The notes under the pieces were generated by a model. That model saw only the letters and a program-made list of their open reading frames with translations. It was not told the DNA's origin and made no database searches. Positions 21,771 through 30,668 of a stretch of 30,668 nt of DNA are shown here, in pieces; position 1 is the stretch's first letter, and the number at the start of each line of letters is the position of its first letter. The stretch covers positions 1-30,668 of the forward strand of contig NW_021832505.1 of the NCBI RefSeq assembly GCF_006345805.1, written 5' to 3'. This DNA is from Octopus sinensis (Eukaryota). Position numbers and translations under genes: made by a program.

Positions 21771-24329
21771 ATTCAAATAAATTCTCTCTCTCTGATCCAC
21801 AGATCCAGTTCACAGATCCTTGATGATCCTACTAATGGACAGTAAAGACACACGAAACCTAGAAAAAAACCTCTATGAATAAATTATGTAAATGTCCCGC
21901 CCTGTGATTTTTATTTGTTCCTCAAGATGAAGGAGTTGAAGGGGACTGTAACAGGGGTCCTGGAGACACTCCCTTTCAGATGAGATTTCAGCTTAGGTCT
22001 GTAGATTATTTTCGAAAGCTGCACCGTGAGAGGTTCCACAGTTTAATGTGCCTCTTGGTTATCCAAACGATAATCGATGCGAGATGAAGAACTGATTTTA
22101 GTATAAGTCATTTACGCAATTCGGTAGCTTAATAACACCTACGTTTGATAGGTCCGAAGACGTCAGTAGTAATACTGTTTGGAAACATGGCGGTTCAGTC
22201 CACTGACATGACAGGGGTTCCTCTGTCAAGCATCATGTCTATGTTACCGTTGGTGAATGAATGAGGTTCAAACTAAGACTACGCCTGTCATATTGTTTCC
22301 TATGGCGTCAACTCTATGCGTAAATTGAATGAAGTATGGGTGCTATGCCTTGCCAAAGTGCAATCCGTGTTTGGTCCACTGCAATGTTTTATCCATATTA
22401 AGCATACCCAAACCCTAAACCTAACCCTATATTTAGAAGCTCTTACCCATTCTATCGCTTACAGTATACTCATATACAACAACAAGCTATAGAAGAGTAC
22501 CTCTCTGTTAAATAACTTTGCTGAATTCAAATGTGGAATCCATTTTTTAGGATTACGTCTAGATTTCAAGATACCCAAACCTTCAATTTTCACTATTTTC
22601 CTCATATTTAAGGGGAAATATATTGGGAAATGTAGTACGAATGTCTATTATGGTTTATCGATTATTTTATTAAAGGTCTGGTGTAAACATCGGGTAATGA
22701 AATAATGGCCGCAGCGAGCATTAGTCCCAGGGTTGTTTTATGTGAATGGACAGACTTTAGTTCAGCCGGAGAAAATCATCCAACATCCGTGTCTTATCAA
22801 GGCAGATTGCAATTAAATACGATGCTGGGCTATTGAGGTTCAGCACTAAAGAAAACCATTCAAACACAAATTCATGAAAAAATAGGCATGAACAATAATG
22901 TAAGCTGTCTGTAGAAATTTAGAGATATTTGCTAGCTTTTCAGTAGAAGTTAAAAAAATCCTAGTTTTGAAGACAATGCAATTTCTATGTATATTAGTAC
23001 GTTCTTCATAAGCTGGTTTATTCGAAAACAAAACAAAGACATTCTCTGGATCCAGTATCTTACAATTCTGATGTGATCGTATTAAATTGATGTCCGTTTC
23101 GGATTCTGTGTGTCAAAAGACTCCCAGTTCGTCTCCAGTTATTTCGTTAGCCTGACGATATTTCCAAAGTATTGTCTTGAATAAAGTTTAAATTGTTTAT
23201 ACACCAAGAACGGGGATATATATTTTCATACCGTTGAATAAGGACAGATTTCATATTTTCTTTCGAGTAGGAGTAAAGCAGGCTTGAAACCGATTCACAG
23301 GATGACCAAGTCTAGAGGGAAGGAGAAAAGATGGTATTCTTCAACTGAAGAATGTTTAAGACAATATGGACTTCACTAAAGGCACTTAAAATTACTAGGT
23401 GGCGGTTTTGAACAGAGATGTGGTTTAAGACTACCATTGAAATAGGCCATTAGAGACAGAGAAAGGATACAGCATAGCCGTGGACATGGTGTTGAAACAC
23501 GGCCATTTGTAATGGGCTGAAGATTAGACAAGTGTCCTTCACAATCTTACTTGAAAACGTAACCTTCGCTGAGCATTATTAGCAGTGAAGATCTTTCGTG
23601 GCGAAAGTAGATCCTTTGCATAGCTAGTACGGTATTTTAAAGTCCAATCCTTCTCTTTGCAGCCAAAACTTCAGACCATTTACAATGCTCAAGTGAAACA
23701 CACAATGAAGAAATCTTTCTACACCTGGAAGGGTGATACACATCCGGGATTGCATCGAAAGAAGGGTGACGTGGCTAAATTTTACTCTACCCCTAACAGA
23801 CATAATCTAACAGCTATCTCGCAGGCAGGATATCTCTTCTCTTTGTTTTGCCACTGTCACTGTCATGCTACAGATTCTTGTAGGAGTTGGCTGAGCTCTT
23901 GACCCCACAAGCAGTACTACTACTACCGACTCGTCTATTCCTTTGCTCCTCGATCTTAAACCTCAGTTCGTTTTCAGTATGAACCTCTGTGCTAAACACT
24001 TCAACCCCTTCATCATTCCTGTAAATGTTGGCCTGTAGCAGCTTAAACGGAACGTCCATGGTATCTATCTCAGATTTCATTCAATTCGCGCTTAAATTAT
24101 GAAAGATGAAAATACCTAACTTATTAAACGGAACATTGACTTTGCTATTCCACATCTTCAGATTTACGAGGTTTAAAGAATAACATTAAAAAAACATTGC
24201 TATTTGCTTTACATTAGGATTTCTCAAATGGTTAAAACGTTCCAAATTTGTTGACAAATGGGACTGATCGAATGAATCGATGCAGTTTAGTATTTGAATA
24301 TTTGATTATAACTTGAAGTGATTAATGCT

Positions 24330-24582
24330 GTGATGCGAAGAGCGAGAGAAAAGATGGAGTAGAGGGAAAAAGCGGGTAAGGTGAAGAGCGAGAGAAAAAC
24401 AGGCAGAGAGAAAAGGAGGGAGAGAAAAAGAGGGTAAGAGAAGCGTCTATGACGTGTGGTAGGGGGAACGTAATAGTTATTACGTGGTTAAAAATGTTGG
24501 TTGAAGGTAGTGATATAGAGGAGAGTGAGAAACAGAATTGTAGCAGAGGATCGATGTTCTGATGGTGAGATTAAAGAAAGGC

Positions 24583-24623
<41 letters not shown>

Positions 24624-25024
24624 GATGATGAATGTGTTGGTGGTGTTAGTGGTGGTGGTGGTGGAGGTTGCGTTGGTGAGTGTATGTGAAGAGTGTAATG
24701 TTTGTAATTGATATATTTTTTAATACCACCTATTACTTAAAGCATGCGCATAAGTGCAATCGTCTGCTCGCTTGAAAAATGTTATTTGTTTATAAACCAA
24801 AGATGAGAGACGATGTAAGCGAACAACAGAAAGAATGAAACCAAATGGGCAATGGCACCAAGAGAAGCAGAGGGTCTTATCCAGAAGGACTGAAGGTGTT
24901 TTAAAACGACAATTATGTAGAATATACAATTTATAAAGGAGCGCTAATTTTTATGTCTCTACATAAACTTACAACCATCTAAAAACTTTCGCATTTTCCG
25001 CGGAATTTCTACGGGTGCTGCTAA
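24330..25024 (+). mobile_element. Non-autonomous Helitron-like element related to the 5' part of the Helitron at 4800
   Basis: tgtggtagggggaacgtaata.ttattacgtg...gttgaagg..gtgatat...tgttctgatggtgagattaaa is shared with 4908-5030. The 3' end shows an imperfect hairpin ccgcggaatttctacgg (24998-25014), then CTAA (CTRR) at 25021-25024 followed by T. Confidence 0.7.
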
Positions 25025-25402
25025 TGTATTAAAGAATTACTCTGCTAATGCTGCTCCATCTCTCCAGACGTGAAATCTTTTAAAAACACTTAAAAATTAC
25101 ATAAGTTTTCAGGTGAATCGAGACATATTCATCAGCAGAAACTTCACCTGAACTTGCATAATTCTTTAGGACTAATAATTGATACGTGTTTATTGTTTGT
25201 GATAACGTAAATTTCACTTTTGACATTCTATTACAAATAAAATTTTCTTAAGTTGCTCATACAACACTTTTAGGCATTCTTCATTTACGTATTTTAAGAA
25301 TTTGACAGTTTGAGCGCATCTCTTTATTATCTGCACTTTAAACCATCAGTTTAACTTTTAATTGCATAAATAATTATTTCTTCTCTCTCTCTTTGTCTCT
25401 CT

Positions 25403-25447
<45 letters not shown>

Positions 25448-25449
<2 letters not shown>

Positions 25450-25780
25450 CGTAGGAGTGGCTGTGTGGTAAGTATCTTGCTTACGAACCACATGGTTCCG
25501 GGTTCAGTCCCACTTTGTGGCACCTTTGGCAAGTGTCTTCTGCTATAACCTCAGGCCGATTTGTGAGTAGATTTCATTGGCAGAAACTGAAAGAAGCCTG
25601 TCGTATGTAAGTATATATATATGTATGTGTGTATGTATATGTTTGTGTGTCTGTGTTTGTCTTCCCAACATCGCCTGACAACCGATACTGGTGTGTTTAC
25701 GTCTTAGCGGTTCAGAAAAAGAAACCGATAGAATAAGTACTAGGCTTACAAAGAATAAGTTCTGAGGTCGATTTGTTCGA
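25448..25780 (+). mobile_element. tRNA-derived SINE (second family) with internal (TA/TG)n
   Basis: ggcgtaggagtggctgtgtggtaag...ggttccgggttcagtccc head, placed after (TA)n; homologous to the reverse complement of 28336-28785. Confidence 0.85.
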
Positions 25781-25814
25781 TGTTTCTTTATCTCTTTCCC
25801 CTTAATACCACTCG

Positions 25815-27000
25815 CGGTACAAAATTGATCAGTGTGTCCAATCTCAGCAAAATCCGAAGAAAAATGGTAAGGTTATATCATAAAACAGATTCCATGTGAC
25901 CATTTACACGAAAATATCCCATTAACTTTAAATCTTAGTACGGATGTTTCATACGTCGAAGTGCTTAATTTTGCTCACGGTTCTTCAAAATCAGTTCATT
26001 ATTTTATTGTGAATGATTTGAGGATTTTTGCCTCGCACTAGTTTAATTTTAATTCTTCTACATGTCTCCGACAATTAAACTTTCCTAAAAGTGAAAGCTC
26101 ATCAAAATCGGATGAATTCTGTAAAAGTTACTGTATAAAATATTAATCCTATGGGTGATTGCATGCAAAAACCCTATTGATTTCTTAAAATCCTCTGCTC
26201 ACGCGCAGATATCGATTATTTGTCAACTCTTCATGCTGGCATCAACAAATACACATGAACTATAATCACGTATAAAATTTCTATAAAATCGATAAGAATG
26301 TGTCTAAGAATATGCTTATTTGCATTTATGCCTATTTCAAGCCATTTTGAATTAAATAAATACCTTTTCCGCCTCCCCCACCAATCATTTACCTATATCT
26401 CAAATTTCATTAAAATCGGATAGAAAACATGAAATTTACGGCCAAAAACAAAGCCCCTACTGGTATTTGCACTCTAAACATCTATTGATTTTAGAAAGCT
26501 ACTGCCCTGGCGCAATTAGTGATTTTTCAACGTCATATACTGAGATCAACTTACTGCCGTCAACCTCGATCACTCATCGATTTTCATCAGAATCGGACAA
26601 AAAATGCAAAAGCTGCAGGAAAAATAACATCGTTATGAGAATATGAAAGGTTACCGAACAAACTATTTAAGATGTCGCCATTGTTCTCAAATTACGTTTC
26701 ACTTCGTTTGAAAAGAAAGAAAGTATGGATTATAATGGTGGTCACTGAATTCCCAAATTTTTCATTTAAAACTTTTTTAAATGCGTCGTTCAAAAGCATT
26801 GGCCAAAATCGGTACCGATTGGGATAGCGGATGTCAAAAAAATCAACACATATTAAAACAATTTCTAAAGAGCTTCCTGCCATCATCTGCAACGTTGAGG
26901 TGAAAAAAATGGAAAATCCTCACCAGAACGTAGAAAAGGTATCTTATGAGGGAATGCTGTACCAAAAGTCTACCAAAATATTCTGTTGTGGGATACGCTC
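25815..27000 (+). repeat. Dispersed AAAATCGGAT-motif repeat, copy 2 (longer)
   Basis: Similar to 15725-16345 up to ~26460; related motifs continue at ~26590 and ~26805. The right boundary is approximate. Confidence 0.65.
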
Positions 27001-28335
27001 GCAACGAAGGGATATTTATCTAGAGTATATAGATATATGCGTATGTGTGTGTAGGGAATAGCGTAGACACAATACAGGCTACATAATCTTCATAGCTAAG
27101 AGAACCACGAAAGTAGCATATTATCCTAACATGGGGTATACCACAAGCTACTCTTCAGTCAAAGGATATCGTGATTATGTGAAGTTTACATTCTCGTTAG
27201 AATCCCCGTGTAAACTTGTTGGGAATTTGATCAAAATGCAATGAAAGAATAGTTCGGGAGGAAAACAGTTGTGCTGAAGGAAAATGCAAATAAAATACCA
27301 GAAATCCTATGTATAAGAATGAGAACGTTTGTTACTGATTAAGGAGTGTACGAAGACAAGGTTTGATATGGAAATTGGCTGGCGAGTGGCTTTATGCACG
27401 TATTCCGGGGTCATTCACGGGTCCGTTGTAGGATAGATAAGTAAACATATTGTAGCATTATATATAGCCATTTAAAACAGAATTATAGGATGAAGATATA
27501 GGTGTAGTATTTGAAGTGGATAGAGTGGTGTTTGAAGGAGAGGAAGGAGGAAGATATTGTATTTACGTTGTAAAATAATAGACCACGGTTTGCTCGTCGA
27601 GTTGGTAGAACTAATTTGGCTTTAAAATCTAAGGACGGCGAGTGAAGTGGGAGATAGTAGTAGTAGTAGTAGCTTTCATCTGAGATTATTATGTGAGTAC
27701 GTATTAGTTCACACGCGGGTATATGGTGTGCGTCTGTAGAATCTAGTAGTTGTGTACGCGTGCCAAGGTCTTTGTATATTATCATATACTGAGGGATGTG
27801 TGTAGAGAGAGAAGAGTTAAGAAAATTTATGACGTATACACGATAAGGAAAACAGGTTGGGAATTAAAAAATGAAAGAATAAAATGTTTAGGAAATGTTT
27901 ACCAATATGTATGCAGAATAATATTGACATAACTATAATAAATCTATGATATATTGATTGTAAAATTAATATACTTATATCTTTCATAAACATCTGTAAG
28001 ATATTATATTTATATTCTATATTTTAATTTTGATATACTATCTGTTGTGAATAGCATAATACACCTAATCTAATATTAATAATAATAATATTAGTAATAA
28101 CTGAATATTATATGTACTTATGGATGTAGATGTGTATGTATGTTTCAGTATATATTTATATATATAGAGTGGATGTATACTCACAATATGAGGGCTAAAC
28201 AGCGGTGGTGTAATTCCCTTACGGGACAGTTACGTTATGTTGACAGTATACAACCACACCTTCGCTCCACCACCGCTCATGACTCTTCGAGACATTTAGA
28301 AATTTAATATTTCTGATATATATATGTATATATAT

Positions 28336-28569
28336 ACTCTTTTACTCTTTTACTTGTTTCAGTCATTTGACTGCGGCCATGCTGGTGCACCGCCTTTAAT
28401 CGAGCAACTCGACCCCGGGACTTATTCTTTGTAAGCCCAGTACTTATTCGATCGGTCTCTTTTGCCGAACCACTAAGTGAGGGGACATAAACAAGCGATG
28501 TCAAGCGATGTTGGGGGGACAACACACAGACATACAAACACACACGCGCACACACAACACACACACACA

Positions 28570-28615
<46 letters not shown>

Positions 28616-28785
28616 CATATATACATATATACGTAGGGCTTCTTTCAGTTTCCATCTACCAAATACACTCACAAGGCTTTGGTCGGCCCGAGGCTATAGT
28701 AGAAGACACCCACCCAAGGTGCCACGCAGTGGGACTGAACCCGAACCATGTGGCTGGTAAACAAGCTACTTACCACACACCACTG
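28336..28785 (-). mobile_element. tRNA-derived SINE, same family as 25448, opposite orientation
   Basis: Reverse complement reads gtgtggtaagtagcttgtttaccagccacatggttcgggttcagtcccactgcgtggcacc...gaaactgaaagaagcc...gaataagtactgggcttacaaagaataagtc. Confidence 0.85.
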
Positions 28786-29184
28786 TATATATATAATTAT
28801 GTATAACCATATATGTATATATATATATAATATATATATAATTAATATTATTATATATATATTTATATGTATAACCATATATGTATGTATGTACGTATGT
28901 ATAATATATATATATATATATATATATACAGTTATGTATGTATATACATATATGTATATATGTATATACATTTACGTACATGAAGCCCAGTTACAACTGC
29001 AGCCGGCTATTACCAGCAAAGGTTTTAGTTGACAATTTGGTACAAGACATTGTAGATCTTTAGCTGGGCCAAAAAGTCACGTTCGATCACACCACCAGTA
29101 ACAGTTAAGCTTCGTGCAATGGCCATACTCGATAACGAGGGAGCAGCCATATATATATATATATAATAATATATATATAATTAT

Positions 29185-29515
29185 ATTATATAAAAGGGCT
29201 TAGTAAAATAAATTACTTTGCCGCATACTGAACTCATTAGAAATAGCAGCTAAAAAACTTTTTTAAAGCTATTTCTAATACTTAAAGAAAATCTCTCTCG
29301 TTTATAGTGTTTGCTTAATTCAACTCACAAAGGTTGGGGTAGGACATCGATGTCCTTACCCCCAAACTTTTGTGAGTTGAATTAAGCAAACACTATATAT
29401 GAGAGAGATTTTCTTTAAGTATTAGAAATAGCTTTAAAAAAGTTTTTTAGCTGCTATTTCTAATGAGTTCAGTATGCGGCAAAGTAATTTATTTTACTAA
29501 GCCCTTTTATATAAT
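29185..29515. repeat. ~330-bp near-perfect palindrome with no spacer (foldback/MITE-like) in TA-rich flanks
   Basis: The outer ~125 bp of each arm match perfectly, with a few mismatches and 3 extra nt near the centre; the centre is GGACATC|GATGTCC at 29342-29355. Confidence 0.95.
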
Positions 29516-29608
29516 GTAATAATTTGAATTCGCCTTGAATGGTCCCTTTGCATACAGAACACTTGGTGAAATTGATTAATAATTAATTAATTTTGCCCTC
29601 AATTGTTG

Positions 29609-29657
<49 letters not shown>

Positions 29658-29954
29658 ATGTGTGTATGTATTTTGTTTATTTTATATTCATGTTTATAAT
29701 TATTATTGTACTTGATAATCTCTGAGGAACCCTGGAGATATATACAAGTACCTCATTGTCATCTGCCTATTACCTCAATACACTTGATTAATAAACGCAG
29801 AATGAGATACTTTTATCTATGGGCTGAAATTATTTTACTAATTTATATTCATGTTGTTCAATAATTACTTGTATCCTTATCTTATATGCTATATGTATGT
29901 ATGTTATTATAATTATGTATGTTATTATGATTAGTTTAGTGTTCGATTCGACAC

Positions 29955-30668
29955 TCTTCCAGCAGCTCCTGCAACCTGGCTGGTGCCAAACGTAATGCTC
30001 TGCACTCCTTTGGACTACATCATCAAGGTCGAGAGAAGAATCCTGACGATTGGGCTACCCAGGATTTTCTTAATTCTAGCCCAGGCCTGCGCAAAACTAG
30101 AGAGGACACTTCAGTGCTGCTGTAAAACGTGGCAGAAAAAATACGGGTGTTAACCGTCACGGGCGATAAGTCCATTGACATTGGCGTCCGATATGGGCAC
30201 CACCGGACACCTCTGACCGTGAGAGGGACATCCATGTCCCATTGGTTAGCTACTGCCTATCTGAAGCTGGGCAGCTTCTATGTTCCCGCTGTCTACGGCT
30301 CAGAGGAGACCAAGTACCAGTTCTATAAGATCTCAACTGTGTCATTAAAAATATACCAACAAATGAAAACATCTACCTTTTAGGAGATTTTCTCGCTCGC
30401 GTGGGATCTGACCATGATTCGTGGCCCATTTGTGTTGGACACCCTGATATTGGCAACATGAATGACAATGATGAGAGACTACTTGAATTTTTCACATACC
30501 ATAACCTGTGCATCACCAACACATTATTTGCCAACAAGACATCCCACAAGACATCTTGGAGACATTCAAGATCTCACTACTGGCATCAGCTGGATCTCAT
30601 TATCACACGAAGTTCCTTTCTGAATTCTATTCAACTCACCCGTACTTACCACAGCACGGATTGTGTCA
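29955..30668 (+). mobile_element. RTE-clade LINE, 5' UTR and part of the APE endonuclease, degraded and running off the window
   Basis: VY..EETKYQFY and WPICVGHPDIGNMNDNDERLLEF..HNLCITNTLFANKTSHKTSWRHSRSHYWHQLDLIITR...TRTYHSTDC match RTE APE motifs (NGxRLL, ITNT.F, SW.HPRS..WH.LD). Confidence 0.8.

Noticed and set aside
25108-25152. 10-bp inverted repeat (ttcaggtgaa/ttcacctgaa) enclosing a minus-strand CTGATGA
   Set aside because: There is no stem II closing onto GAAA; it is only a short AT-rich hairpin.
28201-28277. 10-bp inverted repeat agcggtggtg/caccaccgct with a small internal hairpin
   Set aside because: It is too short to assign and has no recognisable RNA or terminus motif.
29955-30130. 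Possible HDV-like ribozyme in the RTE 5' UTR (such ribozymes are known in some RTE elements)
   Set aside because: I could not build P1, P1.1 or J4/2; only a weak AGC-TCCT...GCT resemblance is present.

Overview
AT-rich, microsatellite-dense eukaryotic DNA made almost entirely of transposable-element remnants. The tRNA-derived SINEs resemble families I associate with octopus (coleoid cephalopod) genomes; this is an inference, not verified. From left to right: the 3' end of an R4/Dong-type RLE LINE ending on (TAA)n; a ~480-bp inverted-repeat element with a hammerhead-ribozyme-like core inside; and a decayed Helitron RepHel gene split by a complete but degraded Gypsy (Mag-like) LTR element. The Gypsy LTRs, PBS, PPT and a 4-bp TSD are all visible, and removing the element rejoins a conserved Helitron motif. 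Then follow a minus-strand L1/Tx1 LINE, SINEs, a Penelope-like (Neptune-type) RT+GIY-YIG element, a HERO-type RLE LINE, a non-autonomous Helitron, a ~330-bp spacerless palindrome and the 5' part of an RTE LINE. No host protein-coding gene can be supported beyond one weak candidate exon pair. I found no convincing novel multi-gene system. The most unusual items are the hammerhead-like core, the long palindrome and the cleanly reconstructable nested insertion. Most element boundaries are approximate.
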